Assembly (NCBI GenBank): GCA_000165425.1
Contig: CT868052.1
Coordinates: 434,001 to 498,000 of the forward strand
Source: Paramecium tetraurelia
Taxonomy: Eukaryota
Reading direction: 5' to 3'
DNA length: 64,000 nucleotides
In this document: positions 1 to 12,725 of the stretch, in pieces
Layout: every line of letters starts with the position of its first letter
How positions within the stretch are numbered: position 1 is the stretch's first letter
The notes under the pieces: model-generated
The model's input: only the letters and a program-made list of their open reading frames with translations
What the model was told of the DNA's origin: nothing
Database searches by the model: none
Position numbers and translations under genes: made by a program

Positions 1-13
1 ATAATTATATTAG

Positions 14-221
14 ATATAGATTAGAAGAATCAACTTTGAAAGAAGTGAGAGATAGAATTGAAAGAGTGAAAGAGTCAGAATTGAAGAACGTTGAAAAGAG
101 AAAAGACTTGAGAAAGAATTTGAGAAGATACTTGGCTGAGAAATACAGAACATTACCAGCAGGAAGTTTGGCTGATAAGAAGGCATAATCAAGATTCCTA
201 TTTTCAAAATTGAGGTTCTGA
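14..221 (+). CDS. RPL27: 60S ribosomal protein L27 (eL27), last exon; gene starts before the window
   Basis: After an acceptor TAG at 11-13 the frame reads YRLEESTLKEVRDRIERVKES...KYRTLPAGSLADKKAQSRFLFSKLRF*. The C-terminal F-x-KLRF is the eL27 signature. TGA at 219-221. Confidence 0.85.
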
Positions 222-308
222 TTTATTACATAAGTATAATTGCATTAAGAAATGTATTTAGTATAAATTGTCTTGTTTATAATGTTCTTAAATGAGGGTA
301 ATTATATA

Positions 309-1547
309 TCATTATTGTTACTATTGCTTTAATTTTCTTTGGGTTCTAGTGAAATAAAACTTGGCCTTCTCTTCTTGAGTTTAGAAACGTCCTAATAAAA
401 TAGAATTGAGATAATACCATGTCCAATTTTGGATGATGTATCAACAAATTTGAGAGTGATTTCTTCCAAAGCCTTTCTGCTAGTTTATGGAACAAGAGAC
501 TTTCTCAACAAGACGACTCTCTTCTTGGGTCCAACAATACCTCCCTTGAGCATGAGGAAATCGTTTCTGATTTCACCATAGTGTGGGAAACCACCCAATG
601 GAGTGATTGCCTTTGAAGTCAAATCGGCTTCGGTAGATGCAGTGTTCTTATCTCCAGCAGCACCAATTCTGTAGATCTTCTTGTTCATTTCAGTTCTGTG
701 ATGGTAACCCAATTGACCAGTTCTGGCAACACTGTATCTGACATTGGCTGGATGCCATCCTCCGATACAACCAACTCTTCTCCAACCTCTATGGGTCTTC
801 TTTTGTAAATGCTTAACACCAAATCTCTTGATGACACCAGCAACTCCCTTACCCTTGGTGACACCGAGAACGTCAATTTATTCGTTTTATTTGAAGACTT
901 AATCTACTTTGACTTCCTTTTCTAATAATCCCTTGGCATAGTTAACTTTTTATTCTGTTGTGCCTCCATTGACTTGAACTTCAAAGACGTGATTCTTCTT
1001 TTATCTCAAGTTCAATTTGCTCATTTGAGTGTGAACAATGACTCTGACAACTTAGCAATATCTAAAGAGTTTAATTAATATTTTTACTTAACGATTCTCT
1101 TTAATTGAGTTTCCAAATTCTTTGGCTCAGCATTAGCCTTGTTATAATTGGTGAAAGCCTTCTTCTTTGAGTTGATCCAATTCTTATAGAATCTTCTCAA
1201 TGTGTCCTTGGCAATTTTAGTACTCCAAACAGTGGTCAAAGCTCTTAATCCTCTTGGTGTTTCGATATATCCAACAATACCGACGACAGCCAAAGGTGGG
1301 GTTTCAACGATGGTGACGGCTTCAACAACTTCCTTTCCATTCAATTTTGATCCTGGTCTTTCAACAGTTCTCAAGATGTGGGTCATACCAGCCTTGAATC
1401 CTGCAAAGGCTGTCAAGTGAACTGGAGATGATTTGTTGTCTTTTAAAGGGAGAAGTCTCGGATTCTTCCTCTGTGATGCTTTGTTCTCTTTCTTGGTGTA
1501 AATCCAAGATTTCCATGTCTGGGTGCCTCAAACTTTCTGTGGGACAT
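309..1547 (-). CDS. RPL3: 60S ribosomal protein L3 (uL3)
   Basis: [21 protein letters not shown]... [44 protein letters not shown]. Two tiny introns (~392-417, ~1062-1087). Apparent frame break at ~1441-1460. Confidence 0.97.
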
Positions 1548-1639
1548 TTAATATATAAAAAAATCTTTAAAATTTTTTAAATCCCTTTTCAAATTTAATG
1601 CTTAATTATTTATGTTTTATTATTAATCTTATATACATT

Positions 1640-1815
1640 CAATAATGGTTTACTACTACTCTTCTAGAATCTCTCAAATCTTCTCTAAATGAAAATTCAA
1701 TTAGAGAAGATATAAGAGATTCTTAACCTTTCTAATCAGCATCATCAATATTGTCATCCTACTTTCATCTTAGAAGTAGATGTAGAATAGTTGATTCTCT
1801 TCAAACAAACTTAAT
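1640..1815 (-). ncRNA. Candidate structured non-coding RNA of unknown class
   Basis: GC-richer intergenic block. Inverted repeats 1666-1674/1715-1723 (9 bp) and 1678-1688/1701-1711 (11 bp). A second hairpin at ~1755-1795 pairs better on the minus strand (G-U). No convincing ORF. Confidence 0.35.
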
Positions 1816-1848
1816 CATTATATTTATTTATTGAATTAATATAAAATT

Positions 1849-2620
1849 ATGTAAGCCAATCAAGTTCAATTTCCCAACCAAAAGTACAAAACGCAGCTTT
1901 GCAGACACTTCAGTAAATTATAATGTGAATTTTAGTAACAAATGGAAATTGTGCTTTAGGAGCAAGATGTTAATTTGCTCATGGAAGACAGGAGCTTAGA
2001 GCAAATGCTAATGGATTTTAGCCCAATTCTGAATTCATTATGCATTAGAATCCTCAAGTAGCTCCACCCCTCAAGGTGTAACCAATTAATCCCATGATTG
2101 CGAATTATAAGAGTATTTTTTAAGATTTATGACTTCTTAGCATAATTATGCAAGCACTTCAACCCATAAACAGGATAATGCAAAAATGGAGCTACTTGCA
2201 CTTTTGCTCATGGGGAATAGGAACTTAATTAAATGAATCCCTATTTCCAAAATCAATATATGTATTAGAATCAAATATCCTTACAATAGGCTTATGCAGC
2301 AACAAATCAAATAGCAAAACTAAGCTTAGATATAAGCTGAGCTCACATAATAAATATTAATTATGATTCTGTCAAACATGGAACATATTTTTCCAGGCTA
2401 ACAAGTAAATAATCCCAATAAATTTTAGGACATCATAAACGTGTTGAAATAGGGCCAAGAAAAAGCCAAGTAGGGTGATAATTAAGGAGCAAGCGAAATT
2501 ATTAAATTGATTATTCATGATGAGCAGAGAACCAAGGAGGAGAAATAATAATATCAATAAATTTACAACAACGCACAAAGACATTATGATTCAAAATTAA
2601 AAGAGTACTTAAACCAATGA
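1849..2620 (+). CDS. Tandem CCCH zinc-finger RNA-binding protein (TIS11/ZFP36-like)
   Basis: KYKTQLCRHFITNGNCALGARCQFAHG and NYKTQLCKHFNPQTGQCKNGATCTFAHG; two tiny introns; Gln-rich tail. Confidence 0.9.
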
Positions 2621-2754
2621 TTTCATTGATATTTTATATTATTATATATAATAGCAGATATAGATTTCATTGTGTTATAGATAAAAGTATTTTATTGTCA
2701 TCTATTGAATGCAATTAAGTTTTAATATCCATTTATTCAAGTAGTATATATGAA

Positions 2755-4994
2755 TCAATTACGATCAGGATTTACGTATCCACACATTTTACATCCTGAA
2801 TTTGACCAAATTCCCATAACTCGAGGCATAGCTAAATTTGATCATCTTGCTTTTCCTTACTTTTAATGTAAGGGAAAGATAATATAGAATCATAATTCAA
2901 TTCATCATTAATTACCGATATTTCAAATATTCCATCCTCCTTTATTTGTAATTAAGTGCAATCTTCATTTCCAATAATATTTTAAATGTGAGATTGCAAT
3001 TACACTAATAATGAATCTTCAACATCCACCCAATCCCAATCACTTTAAAGTATTTCTTTACAAACTGATGATAAAATATTTTTGTTTTCTTAAATCTTCA
3101 ATATTTAATAATCTATATTTTATTTATAGTTATTATAATTGTAAAAGTTCTCTATTTGTAAATCACTAAATGTTATTATTATCAATTTCTTATTATTTTC
3201 TTTTAGATAATCAATCATTCTAAAATCATCCTCATTACAATTTTTGCACAGGTAAATAAATACACTGCAATGACTAATCATAAAATCAATCCAAAATTTT
3301 TAAAATTATTAATGTTCAAAATTAAGTTTTGAGTTTACAATGATCTTTTCAGGAAATTATATTGATTTGATCATAATGTCTAATTTATAATTTTCCAAGA
3401 AGTCATTATCATAGTATTAAACTGCAAATTAGTTTAATTCAAGATTTACTTATAACTCGTCATTAAATATGGCTTTTATGGTATTTTTTAATAGATTTAA
3501 ATCTTAACCCAAGATTCCTATTGTCTATTTTTATTATGCTTCATGATCCTTCAATTTAATTAACCATTTGTTTGATGATAATTCTTCCAAACTATGTTAC
3601 TCACTTGTTATTAAATTATCAAACTGGAACTAACCTTATTCTTTAAAGAGTTGCCGTAGAGTAATTTCTAAATTAATTATCTTCTCATTTTTTTCTTAAC
3701 ACTCTCTTCTCAAATCAACTAATTCTTCGTGATGCTCGATTACAGAATCATAGTCTGGCTTATTACAATCGAAAATTGATTCACTATCATTTTCTATTTC
3801 TTTATCAAACTTTAAATTCTATTTTTTACTTTCATTATTTTATTCCTCGTCTTCTTCTTCATCCTTCTCTGTAATTTTTGAATTATGTTTTATTTATTTT
3901 ATAAGGGATTCTCTATCTATAAGATCTGTTTGAACTTCTGTTGATATCTGTTTTACCTTAACTTGATTAATTTAATTACTTAAACTAATTGATAAAGCTC
4001 TGCAAACTTCAAATTTCACTTCAATCTTCTCTGTCTATTAAGCTTAATTTTAACACTTAATCAATTATGAAGTTGAAGATTGTTAATTTGTTTACTTAAT
4101 TTATTTTTAATTATTAAATGGATCTTCAATTTGATCTGTTTATATGAGCTTTGATAATTTATTGCTTATATCTGTTTACTCTAATTTATGAGTTTTAGTA
4201 ATAATTTCTGTTGTTTAGGTTTATATATTACATAATTTAGCTTTTGCATGTTCTTTAGTTGTAATAACTTACTTATCGATATTATTGAATTATTTAGGAG
4301 TATTAGGCACTCTGTAGGGGGAGAGTGACGGAGCTGAGTTATCATTGATGATGCTAAAGAATTTATCGAAGATCTAATTAATTTTAGCTAAAGACTTAGA
4401 TAAATCCTTTTATTTTTACAAATCTGTTTCGAGTATTTCATAATCTATCCAACTGATATTTAGCCTTTTTATCTTTGAATGTCGAACAACATTTGCTTGA
4501 ATGTTGTTAATTATGTCAAGCAGCATTTTAACTGAATTATCTTTTGGCGTCTACTTCGTTTAGACTTTGGTATTGTTACGTTGCGAATCTTGAGATATTT
4601 CAGACTATTGGAATTTGTTTTTCTATTAATCTTTGTCATTGGTTGGAATACTTTTTTATTTATCTTAAAAGATTCTAGTTAGATGAATTGTTTTTGATTA
4701 TTCCTAAAACAGCAATTGTTCTAATAGTTAATTTTTCTGTTGATACTCATTTTCCGATATTTGATGTTGCTTAATTTTAGTTTAAATTTAAAGATTAAAT
4801 GCCTCAGTCATTTCCCTTTTTTCCTATTCATGTTTCCTTCGAATTAAATCTAGTTATAAGATTAATTTTTCAATCGTTTATTCTCTGGTGAAATTTTCAT
4901 TATTGATAGATTAATCTTTGCTAGAATTCCCAATTTTAGGTGATTTATCATTTAAAAAGGGACTTTTCGATTTTTTATTAAAATATTTTTACAT
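2755..4994 (-). CDS. Hypothetical coiled-coil/low-complexity protein
   Basis: Long frame open under code 6, ending ...CKMCGYVNPDRN* (TGA at 2755-2757). Start uncertain; the frame stays open to an ATG near 5261. Confidence 0.6.
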
Positions 4995-5444
4995 AAATAT
5001 TAATTACCTATTTTTGTGTTTGGGTTCTAAATTACCTTCCCCATAAGTTTATAAGCAATATTGATTTTGCTTTTTTTCATTCTAGAGATTAGTAGTGAAA
5101 TTAAAATTATGTTAAAGGGGAAGAACACAGAATAGAAAAGAACGGTACAGAGTCGATTACAAACAATAACAAATATTGATGGCATAAATAAGATGTATTA
5201 AGTAATATTTTGTATTGTTTGTTTTGAATTCAAATTACTTATGAATTTATTTAATTTTCATTTTCAAAATGTATCTTAATTATATTAAGCATGATCTTTT
5301 CTATCAAAGATTAATTGTGTTCAGTGAGTCTAGTTCAATGAATATACCTCTCATTAGTGTAAAATATGGCATTCTTTATACATTTTTATCGATATTAAGT
5401 TCTTCTTAAATTATTTATTTTAAGATTCAAATTACAAGAATTAA

Positions 5445-5876
5445 ATGAAATCTGAGAATTCAGGCACTTTACACCATGGATATCTTGAACTTATGATAAA
5501 TCATTCCAAATAATAAGATATCAGCAATAATACTAATGCGAAATAGGGCCATTGGAGCCAAGAGGAACACGAATAATATGTTTAATTCTTACTTAGAGTT
5601 AAAGGATCAGGAGATACATAGAGAAAAGGACAACCACTGTTCAAAAGGATGAGTTAGATTATTGGCACTAGAACTCCAAGTTAATGCAGGTACTATTTTT
5701 AAACAAATAGATCCCACCACTAAAAATTCAATCCTTTTAATCCTCGCTTGAGAAAAAATCATAAGAAAAGATAATTGATAAAGGCAGAAAAGCCATTTTA
5801 AAGAACAAAACAACTCATCAGATAATATCTTAATAAACATAAAATTCATTCTGATGATGAAAATCAAAAGGAATGA
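5445..5876 (+). CDS. Single-repeat Myb-like DNA-binding protein, SHAQKYF class
   Basis: GHWSQEEHEQYVQFL...FKRMSQIIGTRTPSQCRSHHQKF; one 21-nt intron. Confidence 0.88.
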
Positions 5877-6362
5877 AAGGGCTGATTTTATATGATTAAA
5901 TTATATGGTGTTAATAAAATCACTGAAACATTAATTTTTATTTATTTAATTTTTCTATATATAGATTAAATATTTTTGTGATGACTTTGATTATTTGATT
6001 TCAGTGTAATTTTAGCTTTTAAATATTCACTAACTTGAGTATATTAATATAATAATTATATGAATATGGCAATAATTATATTCCTATGCATAATCAAATT
6101 TATTAATATTGTAATTACTTTTTATGAAAAAGAAAAACTTACATTAAGGAAATTCTTAAACAAAAGATATTGAAGCAACTTTTTGTAAATGTAAATCTGG
6201 TTTATTTTTCAAAGGTTCCTCCTCTATTAGAGATATACTTACATATTGGATGCAGATATGATGATAAATACCTAAGTTTGATTATAGCATAATATGATTT
6301 TCGATGATTTTATAACAAAATATTGAACACAAATTAATTTAAATTTAATTTACGATCATCCG

Positions 6363-9300
6363 ATGAGGCGTGTAGCTAGAATTGCTTAATCTATGATGAA
6401 AAATAGAATGCTATAATCTCTCCAATAGAAGGTTGTTTATCATTTTGATGATAATTACAATAAGTTTTATAAGGAGAAGAATGAGAATTTGGTATTTTTT
6501 TAAGTTGAAATTCAGATCCATCCTACTTACACATCTAAACATTTTAAAGTGTCATCAAGTTCAATCGTTCAATACTTGGAAGAAAAGAAGATGGAACACA
6601 AGATCTAGGGAAAGTATGTACAATTAAGATATTGTCCATTCTGTCCGAAACATAATATAGAGAATCCATCAAACTAGTTTGTTATGGGAATTAATTTGGA
6701 GAAGTAAATTTGATAACAATCATTCTAGTGGGTCTTATAATTGTTTTAGAGCAACTTGTTAAGCAAGAGGATCTTGGTTTGATTTTAAGAACTTTATGAA
6801 TGGGAATCTAAATAGTTCACAACAATAGAATTAATAGAGTGTATAGCAGCCAACTTAGAAGTTGAATATATTTGAATATCACTAATATTATGAGAGATTA
6901 AAGTTGTAAGAACCAAAAATAGTCTATGACTATTTGATAGGGGATGATTGGGAAAATGTAAAATATGCCTATTATTCACTAGTCAGAATTAAAGAGGAAT
7001 TAAGGATGATGTGTTAAAATTGTATCTGATTGGTATTGATATAACTGAAATCTACGATCCATAGTAGGGCAGTTACGTTTAGGCTCCCCTTATATACTTT
7101 CCTATGTTTCGATATAGAAATTAACATGAGAGGAATAAATTGATGCAGAAAGCTTTGAAGTAGAAAAAGGATGAAGTGTTGGCTGAATAGGTGATGAGTG
7201 AAGAAACCAAATAGAATATTAAATCACAATTAGATAACTAATTTGACAATTTATAGTATGAATTGGTGAGTTGTAAGATCAGAGCAGCCGGAAAGGATTT
7301 GAAGCATATTCAAAAGATCGAACCTATGAATGCAGCTAAAGGAATATTTGGAATGCATTTACTAAAATAAGATTCTACTCAGGTGATTTTAACAGAAGGA
7401 GAATTTGATGCTATGGCTGCTTATTAAATGACAAATATTCCTGCTATATCATTACCATATGGTATCAATCATATTCCAGCCTATCTTATTGAATGGTATG
7501 CTATGATGATTATATAATAAGGTTGGATTAATTTGAGAAATTGAATGATATTATAATATGGGTAGATGATGATAATCCTGGAAGAATCAATTCATAGAAG
7601 ATTGCTCGTAAACTTGGTAATGCGAGAACAAGAGTGGTCTAACCATCTTTACTTGATCCTCATGACTATCCAAAAGATGCAAATGATTGCTTAAGATTCT
7701 ATCCAGATAAAGTCATGACTTACATTGATCAATCAAAATGTCTATTAAAGAAGAATATCACTTAGTTTACTGATTTTAAATAATTGACCAAAAATAGAAT
7801 CTTAAACTTTGAATTGTCTAAAGGAACTCAATCTTAAACTTTTACAACCTATAATAATACAACTAAAGGATTGAGAACTGGAGGTATGTGTGTGATTTAA
7901 CATTAAATTAGAATTCACTATTTTGACTGGACCTACTGGTAGTGGTAAAACAACCTTTTTGAGTCAGCTATCTTTAGATTTCTGTAAAGAAGGCATAACA
8001 ACACTTTGGGGTAGTTTTGAAATTAAGACTGACAGATTGGCCGAACATTAATTATTGCAAGCTTATAAGACAGATTTAATTAAACAAAAGGATTTGATTG
8101 ATGTAGCAGTTCAAAAATTTGAAAATGAAATGCCAATTGTAACAGATTCTATTTATAAATATAGTATTACATGAATTTTTATGGGTCAACAGATCTAGAT
8201 CAAATTATTGATACAATTGAATATGCAATATACGAATATAATGTAACTCATGTTTGTTTGGATAATTTGTAATTTATGATGGGAACTTAAGTCGGAGGAA
8301 ATAGGAAATTTGATTTTCAGGATGAAATAATAGAAAAATTCAGAAGATTGACTAGTAATAATGATATCCATTTAACTTTGGTCATTCATCCAAGGAAAGT
8401 TGATGAAAATGAGGATTTAACTATTGCATCTATTTTTGGTTCAGCTAAAGCCACTCAAGAAGCTGACAACGTTTTTATTATCTAAAACAGACCTAGATAT
8501 AGAGTGTTCGAAATTAAGAAAAATCGATATGATGGAGAAGTAGGTAGAGTTGGATTAGGTTTTGATTCTAATGTGAAGTCATTCTTTGAACTTACATCTG
8601 CAGAAGTCAAAGAATTAAATGAAGAAAAGACTACTATATTAGATATTATTAATAAAAGGAAACAAGAGGGCAGACATTTTAAATAAGAGATCACTATTAA
8701 TGATAAAAACCCTAATAATGATGGTGGAAATAATGAAGGGGGATCTCCAAATAAAGGAGGAAATCATAATAATAATCCAATCAATCCTAAAATATCTAAA
8801 AAAGATAATTTGAATGCTCAAAAAATAAGATTAGAAAATATTGAAATTCCAGATCCAAATATTTTCAAAGATCTCAATGATGATGAAGAGGATCAAATGG
8901 CTTAATTAGATAAAATGACTTTACAATACGCAAATCAAGAAATATCAGAAATTATCCTAAATGAAAAACCAGTGAAATAGGCTTTGGATGAAATTGAAGA
9001 TACTGAAAAAATTGCTAAGGTGGAAAGTTTAATTGATAATTCATTTGTAGAAATTAATGAAAAAAAGCAAGTCCATCAGGATAGTACTCCAGATGCTTAG
9101 TTAAACTAAGGTAAAATGATTAGGGAATGTTAAAAATGCATTGACCCTTCTAATGACTATCTTGAAATATGGAAGTTTGACCAAGATAGTGATTATGGAT
9201 TACAACCAAAAATTGGATAATATGAACCAAAACAGGAATAATAGGCTTAGCCAGATAATAATTAAACTCAATCTAATTATAATGAATTTGCATTATTCAA

Positions 9301-9499
9301 TTCTGATCCATTGAATAAGTTTGCTGCTCAAAAAATTAATAAAGAACTAGATTAAATTTCATAGAGAGATGAATTCTAGCCTGTTGATGACCAAATAGAA
9401 CTCTCTAACTAATATACAAATTCAAAGAGCAAATCTAAAAGGGCTTCTTTTATTCACGTTGGATCAAAGAAGCCTTCTAAATAATAATTAGATTTATGA
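6363..9499 (+). CDS. TWNK: Mitochondrial Twinkle-type primase-helicase (T7 gp4/DnaB-like SF4)
   Basis: Arg-rich N-terminus [19 protein letters not shown]...NCFRATC Zn motif; [16 protein letters not shown] and [13 protein letters not shown]; helicase [50 protein letters not shown]; acidic C-terminal extension. Confidence 0.93.
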
Positions 9500-9559
9500 A
9501 GATTATTTAATAGTATATAAATAATTAATCTTTTATATATTAAATAAATATTAAATTTA

Positions 9560-10017
9560 ATGTCAAAGAAAACTTTTAAGAAATCTGAGGGTACATCGCT
9601 TGTATCTATCATTGGTGATGAAGTACTCAAATATTATTAACATTTAAGGATACTGTTACAGGATTTCTATTAACTGGTATTGGAGAGAAAAATATCAAAG
9701 GAGAAACAAACTTTTTGGTTGTAGATTCAAGTATGTATGATCATTATTTCTCGAAACCGATCCTAAATTGATTGAAAATACTTTTCAGAATTTCTTGAAG
9801 CATCCAAATATAGCAGTCATCCTTGTTACTTAATTCGTTGCTGAAAATTATCTTAGACATATTATTAATTAATATGATGCCATATTGCCTACAATTCTTG
9901 AAATTCCAAGCAAAGAATATCCATATGAAGCAAAGAAAGTATTAAATCTGATTATAATATCAGGATACAATTATTCAAAGAGCTCATAGATTATTGTATG
10001 GTACAGATATTTAGTGA
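9560..10017 (+). CDS. VMA7: V-type H+-ATPase subunit F
   Basis: IIGDE|DTVTGFLLTGIG...IAVILVTQ...PTILEIPSKEYPYEAKKDTII; three tiny introns, the second apparently GT..CG. Confidence 0.93.
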
Positions 10018-10311
10018 TATATATTGAATAATAAAATATGCATTATCAATTGATATTTTATTAAATTATCAATAATAATAATTAATCAATTCTTTATATT
10101 TAATGATCTTGTTAGTTAACAATTCTGTTTAAGTGGTGGTGCATTATTGAAAAAAATTAAATTAAAGAATCAAAAAATGAATATAGTCTTTTTCTATATT
10201 CTTCAATAATAAAACTATCTTCATTCAAAATAATATTAATTTTAATTTTATTATTCTTATTATTGAATTTTGATACTGATTTTCATATTTATCATAGTGA
10301 TTAATTACCAA

Positions 10312-12296
10312 ATGAAATTTCTTGAATTCTTCTTCTTTAATTTAATTGATATCATAATTTAAGTTAATCTGTATTCAGAATTTATCTTGTAATAAAAATA
10401 ATTTTTAAGAAATTCTTCTTTTGATGAATAATATATGTATTACTTAAGTTAAAACCAGTCTTGGGGATACTGGGAATTTTAATTCAACAGAAAGAAATGA
10501 GAAACACAGATAGGCGTATTCAAGAGTTCTCTAGTTAAAGAAGTTGAATTTGATTCAATCTGAAACAAGAATAGAAACTCCAGATAAAGATATAGACGAA
10601 GCTGAACTTCCATTAAGAGAACATTATTATCGAGATACTATTAAGCGTTCGGCGACGATCTTTAAAGTGGCCTAAGAAGAGATGGGTAGATACTAAACAG
10701 AATGGCATTGGAAGTTTTTCTTTGAATTCCTATTTTATCATATTGTAATCTCTTATATCTATTGTCTAGATGTTTTATAATCTTTTTGGGCCCTTTATGG
10801 TTATATTTTTTTGGAAATGGCCTGGTATGCCATTGATGATAAATATGAGATTTTTAAAGCATCATCCTCAGTTTTATTTCTAATTGCTCTTATGGATGGG
10901 TTCATTGGCAGGTGGTTACTGGTATGTATTTGATAATAGAAATATTATAACTTTTACTGAAATACTGTTTACTTAATTTGCCCTCTTAATAAGGGCAGTT
11001 GTAATTGCTGCTAAATATGCTACATTAAGTAAAGAAAGAATCAAATTATACAAATCATAAGTCTTAAGTGAAGAAGTATTTACCTTTGATCTAATGATGT
11101 GGGATTGGAGGCTTCAAACTCCTAAAGTATTATTTCTAGAACAATTGAGATTTTTGAAAAGGAGAGAATTGGATCCGGATTTTTACAAAATTGACTTCTT
11201 ATGCTAACCACATATAAAGACATTAAGGTAAGTGATATAGGTGGAAGTAGGATTTTATTCAGAATGGTTAGAATAGTAGGAGGAATCATAAGTCGCACCG
11301 ATTATAGACAACACGTTCAACTGCTTTTTTATATTTGGATATTTGGTCAATTCATATCAAAAAATTCACACTCCTGGAGGATTTTCTAAATATGTAGTTC
11401 TATAATCTTTAATTTTATCCTTAACGCCATGTTTATTAAGATTATAATACTTTTGTGAAATAGAAGTTGGGGCTGTTGATATTATAAGGATAATTGTAAA
11501 TGTCTTGACTACTTTTCAAGGATTCTTTGGCTCTTTTGTATTTCTCTAAATTGGGCTATATGATTTATAAAGAAAGTTTTATATTTTAGATTAATGTTGT
11601 TATATGTTGAATATTAAAGAATAAAAATATTCATCAGGCAAAAAACTATTACCAACAATCAACTTTAATAATCCAATCACCTTGTAGGCGTGGTCAATGC
11701 TGAGGGGAATGGCCTTTGATTATGGAAGAACATATGATTTCAGAATTCAAGGGTTTTATTCATTGATTTTTATAGGTTGGATATTTTTATTTTTGTTTGG
11801 TATAGGGGTATTATTGGATTTTATACAAATAGATTACTTTTAAATTACTTTACTATCAGAAATGCTAGTGATTCTAACTGGTTTTATTGGATATTATTTA
11901 TGGCATGGAGCTAAATTAAATGAATATTATGAAACGTTCGATATTTTACTTGAAGACGTTAGGAATATGTATGTGGATATGCTTAGAAAGAAAGAATAAT
12001 ATTTTATATTAAACTTGGATGTGACTAATGCGATCCACAAAAAGTTTGTATTTTTGTTGAAGAGTTAAGCTAGATCTGTTGAAACCATTACTTAATATAT
12101 TAATGTGATAATAGAAGAAATAGATGATGCAATTAGATAATTGAATTATGATGAAAGGCATACCCCATTTAAAATCTATGGTATTCGAATAACTTTAAAC
12201 TTCTTGTAAAGTTTAGTGGTTGCTGTATGTACATTAGTTGGGTATGCTGTATAACAAAGGATGTAAAATGTAGATGTTGCTTGCCTTAAAAATTGA
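10312..12296 (+). CDS. Multi-pass membrane protein, PHTF-like / 7TM ion-channel (insect GR/OR) superfamily candidate
   Basis: About 7-8 hydrophobic segments; motifs LILSLTPCLLRL, LPTINFNNPITLQAWSMLRG, YYLWHGAKLNEYY and terminal PFKIYGIRITLNFLQSLVVAV resemble PHTF. Start codon approximate. Confidence 0.6.
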
Positions 12297-12725
12297 CATT
12301 TTAATTTACTCCACAATTTTAATAAATTTTTGGTTATTTATATCAAATAAGTAATTAACAATTTAAAATCAATATGGAAATATTACAGCTTTTAAGAGCT
12401 TGAGTCCTAATTCTCTGGTTTAGCCTATAATTTGGGCCATATTATGGATTGGGAATGTTATTTTGATTATCCTATTTGAGAGTCTTTGAATTAAGGATTC
12501 TTCTTACAAATAATTTATTTTTAATTTAATAAAAATTCTGAGTTGAACTTTAAACTTTACTATGATATTTTGATAGAATCTTTGAATAGATAAAAGTTTA
12601 TTGTTATTAATTATATTTTAAATATGATTATTAATATCAAAATTTCTATTGATAGCATAGAATGGTAATATAAGTAACAAATTTTAAAAGTGAATTATCT
12701 TAAGAATAAATAATAAATAAAAAAT

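Noticed and set aside
1640..1815. Telomerase RNA or U3 snoRNA
   Set aside because: A TGTCA is present but there is no CCCCAA-type template on either strand, and no U3 GAC/box A or box B motifs.
6124..6310. Short ORF upstream of Twinkle
   Set aside because: Under 60 codons, with no recognisable motif and an early TGA unless an atypical intron is assumed.
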